A DNA stretch of 64,000 nt, from the NCBI GenBank assembly GCA_963662265.2, contig CAXXHA010000035.1, positions 184,062-248,061 of the forward strand. The letters run 5' to 3'. Shown one piece after another: positions 18,554-29,270 of this stretch; the stretch's first letter is position 1, and each line of letters begins with the position of its first letter. The position numbers were made by a program, and so were the translations under genes. The notes beneath the pieces are model-generated. The model was not told the DNA's origin, did no database searches, and saw only the letters and a list, made by a program, of their open reading frames with translations. Origin of the DNA: Spirochaetia bacterium. Lineage in GTDB: Bacteria > Spirochaetota > Spirochaetia > CADAEX01.

Positions 18554-19807
18554 TTACAGTTTTGAAAAATCAAGAGTTGCAAAAAGATCTTCTACAGTTT
18601 CAGCTCTCCTGATTTCTTCAACAGAACCGTCTTTTTTCAGAAGAAGCTCTGCAGATCTCAGCTTGCCGTTGTAGTTGAATCCCATTGCATATCCGTGGGC
18701 TCCTGTTTCGTGAATAACAATTATATCGCCGATGTTTGTCTCAACCATTTCCCTGTTTACTGCGAATTTATCATTGTTTTCGCATAGAGAACCTGTAACA
18801 TCATAAACCTTGTCTTTAGCCCCATCTATGTTGCTCATGTTTGTGATATGGTGATAGGCGCCGTAGAGAGCAGGTCTCATCAGGTTTGCCATGCATGAGT
18901 CGAGTCCGATGTACTTCTTGTATGTTTCTTTCTTGTGAAGAACAGTTGAAACAAGGTATCCGTAAGGTCCTCCTACCATTCTTCCGCATTCCATTACAAT
19001 TCTTAAGGGATCAAGGTTGTTTTTTGTGATTTTTTCTTCATATGCTTTTTTGATTCCTTTAGAAACATATTCAAGATCAACAGCCTTGTCTTCAGGTTTG
19101 TATGGAATACCGATACCTCCGCCGAGGTTTATAAATTCGATTTTTATATCAAGTTTTTCTTTAACTTCAATAACAAGATCGAAGAGAATTTCTGCTGTTT
19201 CAATGAAGTAATCGGGATTAAGCTCGTTTGATGCAACCATTGTGTGGAGGCCGAATCTTTTTGCCCCTTTTTCCTTCATTTTTCTGTAGCCCTCAATCAG
19301 CTGCTCTCTTGTAAAACCGTATTTCGCCTCTTCCGGGTTTCCTATAATCTTGTTTCCTTCCTTGAGAGGACCCGGGTTGTATCTGAAGCATATAAGTTCA
19401 GGAACACCGGCTGATTTTTCAAGGAACGGGATGTGGCTGATATCATCAAGGTTAATAACAGCTCCGAGATCCCATGCTTTTTTATATTCATCTGCAGGTG
19501 TATCATTTGAAGTGAACATAATGTCCTCCCCTTTGATACCTACCTTGTCAGAAAGAAGAAGTTCCGGAAGTGATGAACAGTCTGCTCCCATTCCTTCCTC
19601 TTTAAGGATTTTCATTATATATGGATTTGGAAGAGCTTTTACTGCAAAATAGTTTTTAAATCCGCCTGGAACCCATGAAAATGCCTTGTAGAATCTTCTC
19701 GCATTTTCCCTGATTGCTTCTTCATCGTAAATATGAAACGGAGTCTGGTGCTTGCTGATAATCTTATCAAGCTGTTCTTTAGTGAATGGTACTTTCTTTT
19801 CAGCCAT
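18554..19807 (-). CDS. lysA: Diaminopimelate decarboxylase
   Basis: YFAVKA (PLP Lys), INLGGGIG, ECGR, GSLCENND, GAHGYAMGFNYNG. Confidence 0.93.
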   Translation of the reverse strand: MAEKKVPFTKEQLDKIISKHQTPFHIYDEEAIRENARRFYKAFSWVPGGFKNYFAVKALPNPYIMKILKEEGMGADCSSLPELLLSDKVGIKGEDIMFTSNDTPADEYKKAWDLGAVINLDDISHIPFLEKSAGVPELICFRYNPGPLKEGNKIIGNPEEAKYGFTREQLIEGYRKMKEKGAKRFGLHTMVASNELNPDYFIETAEILFDLVIEVKEKLDIKIEFINLGGGIGIPYKPEDKAVDLEYVSKGIKKAYEEKITKNNLDPLRIVMECGRMVGGPYGYLVSTVLHKKETYKKYIGLDSCMANLMRPALYGAYHHITNMSNIDGAKDKVYDVTGSLCENNDKFAVNREMVETNIGDIIVIHETGAHGYAMGFNYNGKLRSAELLLKKDGSVEEIRRAETVEDLFATLDFSKL

Positions 19808-20134
19808 TGTTAACCTCTGTCTGTTTGTTTTTTGGGAATCCGTTTTTTTTATGTCTGCTTCCTGACTTTTCTGTATATTCCCTTATTCAAGCAGATCCAT
19901 TGTTTTAATAGCGGCCGGGTGGTCGGATTCCTTATATTTTTCCGGCAGCTGATTTAAGCAGTATCCCTTTTAAATGTTTAATCCGGGATAATTCATAATT
20001 CTGCAAGTCAGGTTTAAATGGATGGACCTGTTTCTATTTATAACAATGTACAGAAATAAAAAAGTTGTTTCAATATTACAATTAGTGTATTAAAACTGTT
20101 TGTCACATATTTAATATTATTTTATTATGTATTT

Positions 20135-21934
20135 ATGGGTAAAAAATATTTTTCTGGAATTGTTAAAGGTTTCTTCAGATTTTTCAACAGGCTGCGGCTT
20201 TTTATAATCAATATAGTTTTCTGGGGAATTATAGCTGCTGTTGCAGTTCTCCTTTTTCAGGGGGAGATAGTTCCTGATGTAAATAAAAATTCTGTTCTAA
20301 AAATCTCTCTGAACGGTACGGTTGTTGAGCAGTATTCAGGAGGGTACCAGTCAGAAATTGAAGGGATGGTATCCGGAGGCGGTGAAATTCTTCTCAGGGA
20401 TATAAGGGAAGTACTTGATTTTGCAGCTTCTGATGACAGGGTTACATCTGTTTTTCTTGATCTTTCAAACTTCCAGGGTTCAGGCTTTGCAAAGCTTCAG
20501 GAGATTGCCCATTCTATTGAAAAAATAAAAAATAACGGCAAGAAAATAGTCTGTTATTCTGATTCTTTTGACAATTCCTCATATTACCTTGCTTCGCATA
20601 CTGGCACAGTAGTCCTTGATCCTCTGGGGGAGGTGAGGCTCCGGGGATTCGGCCGTTTCAGAAACTATTACAGGAAAGGGCTTGATAAGTACAGCATCAG
20701 GATGAATGTCTTCAAGGCCGGGGATTTCAAGAGCGCAGTTGACCCGTATCTGCATGAAAAGATGCCTGACAATGACAGGGAGGCTTTGTCCCTGCTGTAT
20801 GACAGGCTTATGAAAATGTATGCTGATGATATTTCTGAAGGCAGAGGAATGAGCCGAGATCTAGTCTTTGACTACATGAAAAATTATCACATTTTTCTAA
20901 GGAATTCCGGTGGAGACGGTGCTGCGGCAGCGCTTGAAAATAACTTTGTGGATTTTGTAGGTGATTTTGATTCTGCACTTAATATGATAGAGGAAGCTGA
21001 GGAAATTATCTGGACTAAGTATCTCAAGGTTGTGAAAAAGGAGAAAGCCTCCTCTGATAATAAAATAGCAGTAATTACAGCCTCCGGTATGATTCTGGAC
21101 GGTGAGTATGAGCCTGGAAAAATAGGTTCAGAAACATTTAAAACTCTTTTTGAAAAAGCCTCAGACAGTCCTGATATCAAGGCTGTAGTTTTCAGAATTG
21201 ATTCAGGTGGAGGGAGTGCTACCGCATCTGAAGTAATAAGAAGAGCTGTTGTAAAACTTAAGGAAAAAGGCAAGGCTGTTATCGTCTCAATGAGCAGCAC
21301 TGCAGCTTCCGGAGGATACTGGGTATCGTCTGATGCCGACAGGATAATTTCATACCCTTCAACCATTACCGGGTCTATAGGTGTCTTTGCTGTGCTTCCC
21401 GACTTTTCTGAATTCCTCGAAAAGTATTTCGGTATAACTGTGGATGGTTATTCATCGGTTGATTCTCCTTCTTCCTACAGGCCTGACAGGGAGCTTGATG
21501 AGAGGGAAAAGGAGATAATTCAGCTTGGTGTTGACAGTACTTACAGCCGGTTTATTAATATTGTTTCTGAAGGGAGAGAAATCCCCCCTGAAGATGTAAT
21601 GAAAATTGCAGGTGGGCGGATCTGGTCAGGTATTGATGCTGCAGAGAATAAACTTGTCGACAGCACAGGATATTTTGAAGATGCAGTTAACGCTGCTGCG
21701 GAGGCTGCCGGTTTGGCGGAATACAGTCTTTTATATCTTGATCCGGAAGAGGACTGGAAGAGCCAGGCATTCAGGGAGCTTGCTGTACTTGTGAAGATGT
21801 TAAAGTCTTCATCTGTCATATCTTTCTTTTCAGATATTATGAAAGATTCACCGGTAAGCGGGAATGTTCTTGAATACCTTGAACCGGGCTGTTTCTACTC
21901 CTGGACATGGATAGATTCTGAAGAGTTGTTTTAG
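20135..21934 (+). CDS. sppA: Signal peptide peptidase, 67-kDa type (protease IV)
   Basis: N-terminal TM helix; two S49 domains (YYLAS, FKSAVDP; IDSGGGS, AASGGYWVS, TGSIGV). Confidence 0.92.
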   Translation: MGKKYFSGIVKGFFRFFNRLRLFIINIVFWGIIAAVAVLLFQGEIVPDVNKNSVLKISLNGTVVEQYSGGYQSEIEGMVSGGGEILLRDIREVLDFAASDDRVTSVFLDLSNFQGSGFAKLQEIAHSIEKIKNNGKKIVCYSDSFDNSSYYLASHTGTVVLDPLGEVRLRGFGRFRNYYRKGLDKYSIRMNVFKAGDFKSAVDPYLHEKMPDNDREALSLLYDRLMKMYADDISEGRGMSRDLVFDYMKNYHIFLRNSGGDGAAAALENNFVDFVGDFDSALNMIEEAEEIIWTKYLKVVKKEKASSDNKIAVITASGMILDGEYEPGKIGSETFKTLFEKASDSPDIKAVVFRIDSGGGSATASEVIRRAVVKLKEKGKAVIVSMSSTAASGGYWVSSDADRIISYPSTITGSIGVFAVLPDFSEFLEKYFGITVDGYSSVDSPSSYRPDRELDEREKEIIQLGVDSTYSRFINIVSEGREIPPEDVMKIAGGRIWSGIDAAENKLVDSTGYFEDAVNAAAEAAGLAEYSLLYLDPEEDWKSQAFRELAVLVKMLKSSSVISFFSDIMKDSPVSGNVLEYLEPGCFYSWTWIDSEELF

Positions 21935-22021
21935 AAGCAGATAACATTTATCCTCCCTGTACATTCTTTTCACCCGTTGATAAAATATGTCATGTAGTGT
22001 ATCCTAAGAGGTTAATAAGAT

Positions 22022-22197
22022 AAGTGAATCTCTAAAAACTATGTTTTTATTTTGCGTTATTTTATTCTGATTCAGACTCTTATATGATAATAATTTATTG
22101 TATGCAAAAACATAGTTTTTTTTTCTTATAGATTCACTTGCGGGCAGACATCTGAGGAAAAAACTCGCAAATGCGGTTTTACATAGGTGCCTGTAAA
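22022..22197. repeat. Composite palindromic (REP-like) element, copy 1
   Basis: Inverted repeat AAGTGAATCT-CTAAAAACTATGTTTTT...AAAAACATAGTTTT...AGATTCACTT, then TTGCGGGCA...TGCCTGTAA enclosing AAAACTCGCAAATGCG. Confidence 0.45.
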
Positions 22198-22214
22198 TAA
22201 AACAATAAATAATT

Positions 22215-22228
22215 TGTATAATTATACA
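22215..22228. promoter_or_regulatory. Perfect palindrome TGTATAATTATACA (ARG-box-like operator)
   Basis: 14-bp palindrome just before the RBS of the aminotransferase; nearly identical to 559-572. Confidence 0.45.
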
Positions 22229-22241
22229 TCCGGGGGGAGTA

Positions 22242-23432
22242 ATGGCAGTATCACAGCGTGTTTTAAAATCCATGGAAAGTTCTTCATGGATAAGGAAAAT
22301 GTTTGAAACCGGGGGACAGCTTAAAGCCAGGTACGGTGAGGACAATGTTTATGATTTTAGTCTGGGAAATCCCAATATTGAACCTCCCGGGGAATTTACC
22401 AGAATATTAAGAGAATATGTCGGAAGAGATGTTAAAGGGATGCATGCCTACATGCCTAATGCAGGTTATCCTGATGTAAGGGCCAAAGTGGCAGATTACA
22501 TAAGCAGTACTGAGAATGTTTCAGTTTCTGCAGATTCCGTTGTAATGACATGCGGGGCTGCAGGTGCAATGAATGCTGTCCTTAAAACAATTGTAAATCC
22601 CGGCGACAGGGTAATAACCAGCACACCTTTCTTTGCAGAATACACTGCATATGTCGACAACCATTGCGGAGAACTTGTTACTGTTCCCGGAAAGAGTGAT
22701 TTTGACCTTGATGTTGAAGCAATAGGCAATGCTATTGATGAAAAGACTGCAGCATTGATTATCAATTCTCCAAACAATCCGTCCGGCAGGATATTTCCGG
22801 AATCGACAATCAGGGCTCTTTCTGAAATGCTTGAACAGAAAAGAAAGGAAACAGGAAGAGCTGTATACCTCCTGAGTGATGAACCTTACAAGAAGATAGT
22901 GTATGAAGGAGTTGCTGTCCCTAGTATTCTTGCCAGTTATAAAAATACAATTGTTCTTACATCATATTCAAAAGACCTTTCTCTCCCCGGAGAAAGAATA
23001 GGATGGCTTGCTGTTCATCCAGAAGCTGATGATTTCGGCAATCTTATGAACGGAATAATAATGTGCAACAGGATCCTTGGATATGTAAACGCTCCTGCTA
23101 TAATGCAGAAAGTTGTTGCAGAGCTTCAGGGAGTGAGTGTTGATATAGATTTCTATAGAAAGAAAAGAGACAGGCTCTGTGAGATTCTTGAAGAAGCCGG
23201 GTTCAGTTTTATAAAACCTGAAGGTACCTTTTACCTGTTTCCTGAAGCTCCGGATGGGGATGATCTTAAAGCTGTAGCTGCTCTTCAGGAGGAGAGGATT
23301 CTTACAGTACCGGGAAGAGGCTTCGGTTCCCCCGGTTATTTCAGGATATCATACTGTGTTGCTGATTCTGTAATTGAAGGTTCTGCTGAAGGTTTCAAAA
23401 AAGCATATAAAGCACTCACAGAAAAGGCTTAG
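22242..23432 (+). CDS. PLP-dependent (aspartate-type) aminotransferase class I
   Basis: FSLGNP, INSPNNPSG, SDEPY, SYSKDLSLPGERIG. Confidence 0.92.
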   Translation: MAVSQRVLKSMESSSWIRKMFETGGQLKARYGEDNVYDFSLGNPNIEPPGEFTRILREYVGRDVKGMHAYMPNAGYPDVRAKVADYISSTENVSVSADSVVMTCGAAGAMNAVLKTIVNPGDRVITSTPFFAEYTAYVDNHCGELVTVPGKSDFDLDVEAIGNAIDEKTAALIINSPNNPSGRIFPESTIRALSEMLEQKRKETGRAVYLLSDEPYKKIVYEGVAVPSILASYKNTIVLTSYSKDLSLPGERIGWLAVHPEADDFGNLMNGIIMCNRILGYVNAPAIMQKVVAELQGVSVDIDFYRKKRDRLCEILEEAGFSFIKPEGTFYLFPEAPDGDDLKAVAALQEERILTVPGRGFGSPGYFRISYCVADSVIEGSAEGFKKAYKALTEKA

Positions 23433-23895
23433 GAATAAATTATTTATGTCTGTCTGAAATATTTTCTGGCAGACTGATTGATTAAAAATATTAATATTTA
23501 AAAAACATCTATACAGGTATAATTAAAAATCTGTATAAACTTCACTGTATTTTAATATGAAAATAACTTGCCCTGTCAGGGTAGAAATATAAAAAAAGAA
23601 AACAGGAATAAATATATGACAATAGGTTGCGTTTTATTATTTGTATCTACTTTAGCGTGCATTGCCTTTGGACTTATTCACTGGGACAAAAACAGCAATT
23701 CCTGAAAGCCTTGCTTGACCGGGAATCCCTGTTCTTTTAAAATAGGGCAGTTGCTTCATATAGAAGCGCTGTTCTGAAAGTTTATAATTTTCAGGTACCT
23801 GCTGCCGGGTTATATCAACCTGGAAGTTTAATCTTAGGCAGGCTCCTGTCAAATAAAAAAAGTCTTAACACTACTAGAAAATCCTTAAGGAGCTA

Positions 23896-25506
23896 ATGAT
23901 GTCTGGAAAAGTGCTATTAGGTGATGAAGCTATTGCTCTTGGTGCAATTCATGCCGGTCTTTCCAATGCTTATGGGTACCCCGGTACGCCATCTTCAGAA
24001 ATAATGGAATATCTTCTCGGGTATTCTAAAAAAACTGGTAATATTCATGCTGCATGGTGCAGCAATGAGAAAACTGCATATGAGGATGCTCTCGGAGCAT
24101 CTCTTGCCGGTAAAAGATCAATTGTAACAATGAAACATGTGGGGCTTAATGTAGCTGCAGACCCTTTTGTTAACTCTGCTCTTCTGAAAATAAACGGGGG
24201 ACTTGTCCTTGTTGTTGCCGATGATCCGGGAATGCATTCTTCCCAGGATGAACAGGACTCAAGGTTTTATGCTGATTTTGCAAAGATACCCTGCTTTGAA
24301 CCTGTGAACCAGCAGGAAGCCTATGAAATGACCAGAGAGGCTTTTGAAGTTTCGGAGAAATTCAATATTCCTGTAATGATAAGAATTGTCACACGGCTTG
24401 CCCATTCAAGAGCTGTGGTAGATACAGGCGGGGAAAGAGCTCAGAATGAGAAGAAGAAAGCAGAAGATAAAAATACATGGATGCTTCTTCCTGCATATGC
24501 GAGAAAGCAGTGGGTTACACTTCTTCAGAAAAATGAAAAGTTTGTTGAATATTCTGAAAAAACAGATTTCAACCCTCTTTATATCAATCCTGATTATAAA
24601 AAAGTCGGTGTTATTACTTCCGGTCTCGGTAAAAACTACTATGTAGAAAATGTCGATGATCTTGAAGAAAAACCGTCACATCTCCATGTCGGAACATATC
24701 CTCTTCCTGTGGATAAAATCAGAAAACTTGCAGATAATGTTGAAAAACTGGTTCTTCTTGAAGAGGGGTATCCTTTTATTGAATCAAAACTCAGGGGGAT
24801 ACTGCCAGGTAATATTGAGATTGCAGGAAAGCTTGATGAGCAGGTTCCTCCTACAGGAGAACTTAATCCTGACAATGTAAGACCTGTTCTTGGTCTCGGG
24901 GAAAGGGCGTGCCTTGCAGCTGTAGAAGCTGTTCCGGGAAGACCTCCCCAGCTCTGTAACGGATGTCCGCATATTGATTCCTATGAATCAATTACAAAGG
25001 CTCTTGAAATATATGATGAGAGTGTAGTTACTTCAGATATCGGCTGTTATGCTCTCGGGGCACTTCCACCTTATTCTGCAATTGAAACAATTATCTGCAT
25101 GGGAGCTTCTGTCGGAACTGCAAAAGGTGCTGCTGAATCAGGTCTCAAGCCTGCTGTAGCTGTAATCGGGGACAGTACTTTCTTCCATTCAGGAATCAAT
25201 TCACTTGTTGATGCGATTGCTGCAAATACACCAATGACTCTTGTTATTCTTGACAACTGGATTGTTGCAATGACAGGCGGTCAGGAGACAATTGTTCCTT
25301 CATCAAGAATCGAAAGTGTTATTAAAGGGCTTGGTGTGGATCCTGATCATATAAAGACAATTGTACCTATGAAAAAGAACCTCGAGGAAAATGTTAAAAT
25401 CCTCAGAGAGGAGTTTGATTACCAGGGTATTTCAGTAATTCTTTCTGTAAGGGAATGTATTGAGGAAACCAAAAGACGGCTTAAAAGGGAGAAAAACAAA
25501 AAATGA
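23896..25506 (+). CDS. iorA: Indolepyruvate:ferredoxin oxidoreductase alpha subunit
   Basis: YPGTPSSEI, MKHVGLNVAADP, DDPGMHSSQDEQD, RPPQLCNGCPH, DIGCY, GDSTFFHSG. Confidence 0.92.
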   Translation: MMSGKVLLGDEAIALGAIHAGLSNAYGYPGTPSSEIMEYLLGYSKKTGNIHAAWCSNEKTAYEDALGASLAGKRSIVTMKHVGLNVAADPFVNSALLKINGGLVLVVADDPGMHSSQDEQDSRFYADFAKIPCFEPVNQQEAYEMTREAFEVSEKFNIPVMIRIVTRLAHSRAVVDTGGERAQNEKKKAEDKNTWMLLPAYARKQWVTLLQKNEKFVEYSEKTDFNPLYINPDYKKVGVITSGLGKNYYVENVDDLEEKPSHLHVGTYPLPVDKIRKLADNVEKLVLLEEGYPFIESKLRGILPGNIEIAGKLDEQVPPTGELNPDNVRPVLGLGERACLAAVEAVPGRPPQLCNGCPHIDSYESITKALEIYDESVVTSDIGCYALGALPPYSAIETIICMGASVGTAKGAAESGLKPAVAVIGDSTFFHSGINSLVDAIAANTPMTLVILDNWIVAMTGGQETIVPSSRIESVIKGLGVDPDHIKTIVPMKKNLEENVKILREEFDYQGISVILSVRECIEETKRRLKREKNKK

Positions 25507-26066
25507 AATATGACATAATCCTTGCAGGGGTCGGCGGACAGGGTGTATTATCACTTGCCGCAATTATTGCAACAGGAGCAATGAAAGACGGACTTAAAGT
25601 AAGACAGTCTGAAGTTCACGGCATGGCGCAGAGAGGCGGTGCTGTTCTTTCACATATGAGGATTTCCGATAAGGAGATTGCAAGTGACCTTGTTGCCAAG
25701 GGAACAGCTTCTCTTATTATAAGCATGGAGCCTCTTGAGGTTGGAAGGTATGTAGATTACCTTGCACCTGACGGAGGGATTGTTACTGCATCAGAACCGG
25801 TTGTAAATATACCGAACTATCCTGAAATTGAATCAGTATATGAGAAGCTTAAAAAATATCCCGATATAAAGATTGTTGATTCAGCTTCACTTGCAAAAGA
25901 GGCAGGTTCTTCAAGAGCTACAAATATGGTAATTATCGGGGCTGCTGCTGACAAGCTTCCTGTAAAAGCTGAAACTCTTAAAGCAGCTATTAAAGATCTG
26001 TTTGCCGCAAAGGGGCAGGATATTGTTGATATCAACATAAAAGCCTTTGAGCTTGGACAGAAATAG
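25503..26066 (+). CDS. iorB: Indolepyruvate:ferredoxin oxidoreductase beta subunit
   Basis: GVGGQGV, SEVHGMAQRGG; overlaps the iorA stop. Confidence 0.92.
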   Translation: MKYDIILAGVGGQGVLSLAAIIATGAMKDGLKVRQSEVHGMAQRGGAVLSHMRISDKEIASDLVAKGTASLIISMEPLEVGRYVDYLAPDGGIVTASEPVVNIPNYPEIESVYEKLKKYPDIKIVDSASLAKEAGSSRATNMVIIGAAADKLPVKAETLKAAIKDLFAAKGQDIVDINIKAFELGQK

Positions 26067-26410
26067 ATTTTTTTGACTGCATCAAGACTGATGCTGATTA
26101 GATACTGTAAATAACAGAAAAACAGTCTGTTCCTTTCCGGAGCAGGCTGTTTAATTTAAATAAGGGAATCCCGTAAATACTTGTCTGTTTGCGGGAGATT
26201 AATTTTATTTATAAGTTTAAATATGCCGATATATTTTATATTGCATTAAAGAAATAATGAAGCCACGGAAATATTGATTCTGCGGCAGACATTCATAAAC
26301 AGGTAAAAAAACATTCTTCTTTAAAAACGTCACTTTAGCAGTGATTTTATCCTGGAGAAAGCCGGGTAGGGAACTGCGGAAAATATTTTGTAATACAACA
26401 GGAAAAGAAT

Positions 26411-27721
26411 ATGGATATTAAATACTGGGACAGGGAAATTGAAACTATAGACCGTGAAGGTCTTGAGAAAATTCAGCTTGAAAATCTTAAGGAAACTATT
26501 TACTGGGCTCTTAAGACCCCTTTTTACAGTGAAAGGCTTAAAAGTGTCGGGATTACATCTCCTGATGATATCAAGACACTTAAAGATATTAAAAAAATCC
26601 CTTTTACAACAAAGGATGATTTAAGATCTGCCTATCCATATGACATGCTTGCTGTTCCGAAAGAAGAGGTTGTGAGGCTTCACGCATCAAGCGGAACAAC
26701 AGGAACTCCTACAGTTATATATCATACCCAGAGAGACATGGACAGGTGGACAGACCTTGTAGCAAGGTCTGTAACAGGAATAGGCTGTGACAGCAGCGAT
26801 GTGTTTCAGAATATGATGACTTACGGACTCTTTACAGGGGGGATCGGGCTTCATTACGGCGCAGAGAAGGCAGGTCTTCTTGTAATCCCTATAAGTTCCG
26901 GAAATACAAAGAGGCAGTTTAAATTCATGAAGGATTTTCAGTCTACACTTGTGCATGCTACTCCGAGTTACATGCTTCACATGTATTCAAAACTGGAAGA
27001 GGAAGGGTATTCCCTTTCTGATTTCAATATTAAAAAGTCTCTCGGGGGTGCTGAACCGCACTCAGAAGACATGAGAAAGAAGATTGAAGATCTTTATAAT
27101 ATTGACATGTACAATAATTACGGCCTCAGTGAAATGAACGGACCGTGTGTTGCAACAGAGTGTGTCTATAAGGATGACATGCATGTGTGGGAGGATTCCT
27201 TCTATCTTGAGATGATAAACCCTGAAACGCTTGAAGATGTTGAAGACGGAAATGATGGTGAAGTTGTTTTTACAACACTGAGAAGACAGGGAACACCTCT
27301 CTTGAGGTACAGAACACGTGACCTCTCTGTTGTTAATCCTGAACCCTGCAAGTGCGGTAGGACTCACAGAAGACTCTGCAGGATAAAGGGAAGAAGCGAT
27401 GATATGCTTATCATAAACGGCGTCAATGTATTTCCTTCACAGATTGAAGAAGTACTCATGAAGCTTCCTGAAGTAGGGACTAACTATCTGATTGTTGTGA
27501 AAAAATCCGGGGCCCTCGACAAGGTTACTGTAAAGGTTGAAATAGGGCCTGCTGCTTTCAGCGATGATGCCAGGGATCTTAATGAACTAAGGGCCAGGAT
27601 AAAGGAGCTTCTCAAGGCGGCTCTTCTCATATCTCCGAATGTTGAGCTTCATGAACAGGGAGTTCTTCCTGTACATGAAGGAAAGGCAAAGAGGGTTGTT
27701 GATGAAAGGATCCGGGAATAG
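26411..27721 (+). CDS. paaK: Phenylacetate--CoA ligase
   Basis: HASSGTTG, YGLFTGG, YGLSEMNGP, LRYRTRD, GRSDDMLIINGVNVFPSQIE. Confidence 0.92.
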   Translation: MDIKYWDREIETIDREGLEKIQLENLKETIYWALKTPFYSERLKSVGITSPDDIKTLKDIKKIPFTTKDDLRSAYPYDMLAVPKEEVVRLHASSGTTGTPTVIYHTQRDMDRWTDLVARSVTGIGCDSSDVFQNMMTYGLFTGGIGLHYGAEKAGLLVIPISSGNTKRQFKFMKDFQSTLVHATPSYMLHMYSKLEEEGYSLSDFNIKKSLGGAEPHSEDMRKKIEDLYNIDMYNNYGLSEMNGPCVATECVYKDDMHVWEDSFYLEMINPETLEDVEDGNDGEVVFTTLRRQGTPLLRYRTRDLSVVNPEPCKCGRTHRRLCRIKGRSDDMLIINGVNVFPSQIEEVLMKLPEVGTNYLIVVKKSGALDKVTVKVEIGPAAFSDDARDLNELRARIKELLKAALLISPNVELHEQGVLPVHEGKAKRVVDERIRE

Positions 27722-27734
27722 GTAAGAAAACAAA

Positions 27735-29219
27735 ATGGGTTTTGAAAGTTCTGCAAAAATACTGCTTGAAGAGTGTCCCTCGTTTACAGACAGGGGATTT
27801 GATACTGATATAGAACTTTATACTTCTCTTATAGGTGATAAAAAATATGTGCTTGCAAAGAGCCTGTATGAAAAGAAACTCATACCCCGTTATCCTGATG
27901 AAGCAGTAAGAATCAGGATAATAAGGTATTTCCGGAAGAATGATTACAGGTTTAAAGAGATCTACGGCAGTGCTGTCAAGGAACTTCATCACAGGATAAT
28001 ACTTTCCGTTAAAAAACTCATTGATTATATTTCATCAATATTTGAAGAAAATACATCAAATCCCTACGAGCTTTTAAGGCGAATAGATAAGGCCCAGCAT
28101 GTGATTCCTTCGGAAAAAACAGCAGCAATCCGGTTTATAAGAAAACTTTCAAGATACTCAGTACTGCTGAATCACAGGACTGAGTCATATGCAAAAGCCT
28201 ATGATATTTTAACCAGGTATTATGACAACACCCTTTTTGTCAAAAGAATTGTTCCCAAAAAGTTAAAGAAAAAAGAAATATCCCAGGAATACAAGCCTGA
28301 AAAAAAGAAGAAAAAAATAACAATTGATCTTGATGCGGTTGAATTCTCTGATCAGGATATTGCAATGATCTGTATAAATTCGGCAATAACAAAACGAACA
28401 TACAAGGTGCTTGCTTACTGCAGGCTGTACTGGAAGCAGATACATAATCAGGACTTTGAAAAAAAGATTTTCCTTTATTCACGTAAATACAATACACTTC
28501 ATTTTAAAATATTCACTTTTGTAAAAAACGGCAGGATAAAAAAACTCGGCGATGATGTAATTCTTCTGGAACTCTACAGTCTTATCTCAAGGGGGTACAG
28601 GTACAGTGTTCACGAGGACCTTCTCATGCAGAAGATCTGGAGGAAAATCAAACCGGTTGATGTTTTGAAGAGGAAAAAACAGGGGGACGGAGGATCTGTT
28701 TCTGCTGGTTTCGGGAAATCCGGCAGCAGGACGACTGGAATTGATAAAGCTGCTGTAAAAACCGGAACAATTGGCGGAACAATCGGGGACGGAGGCAGGA
28801 AAAATGCTGCCGCCAAACAAAAAATTACCGTCCGGAAAAACAAAATAATAAAGCCTGGAAAAAAACAGCTCCGGATAAACGAGATACACAGGCAGTCACT
28901 TAAGAAGAAGCTTGATCTCCTGTCATTCCGTAATGTTTTTGATGCGCATGAAGTATTCAGTTCTCTCTTGCCGGGATATATAGAAAAATATATTGTAAGG
29001 CACAGGAAGAAAGGGAGCGGGAAAGATCCCTACATACAGAAAGGTGCTCTCTACATAATCCAGAACTTTGTAAAAAACAACTATGATTCTTTAACATATG
29101 ACTGGAACAGCAGCATTGAAAAACAGGAAGTTGCAAATATTGGATTTCTGGTCCCTGAAATTGATACAATAATAGCAATGTGTCTTGAAGAAGTCAGGAT
29201 GCGGCGAGCTACGGTTTAA
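27735..29219 (+). CDS. Hypothetical basic protein (494 aa)
   Basis: Long ORF 13 bp after paaK; no recognised motif; G/K-rich linker at about 28670-28870. Confidence 0.75.
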   Translation: MGFESSAKILLEECPSFTDRGFDTDIELYTSLIGDKKYVLAKSLYEKKLIPRYPDEAVRIRIIRYFRKNDYRFKEIYGSAVKELHHRIILSVKKLIDYISSIFEENTSNPYELLRRIDKAQHVIPSEKTAAIRFIRKLSRYSVLLNHRTESYAKAYDILTRYYDNTLFVKRIVPKKLKKKEISQEYKPEKKKKKITIDLDAVEFSDQDIAMICINSAITKRTYKVLAYCRLYWKQIHNQDFEKKIFLYSRKYNTLHFKIFTFVKNGRIKKLGDDVILLELYSLISRGYRYSVHEDLLMQKIWRKIKPVDVLKRKKQGDGGSVSAGFGKSGSRTTGIDKAAVKTGTIGGTIGDGGRKNAAAKQKITVRKNKIIKPGKKQLRINEIHRQSLKKKLDLLSFRNVFDAHEVFSSLLPGYIEKYIVRHRKKGSGKDPYIQKGALYIIQNFVKNNYDSLTYDWNSSIEKQEVANIGFLVPEIDTIIAMCLEEVRMRRATV

Positions 29220-29270
29220 TCTGCCTTAATAAGTCTGCCTTGTTTTGATTCAAATTATTCAGTTATGATT

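Noticed and set aside
19808-20134. Lysine riboswitch upstream of lysA
   Set aside because: The minus-strand leader lacks the AGAGGNGC...GAAAGG...GCCGAA...ACUGUC core; only weak pairings are present.
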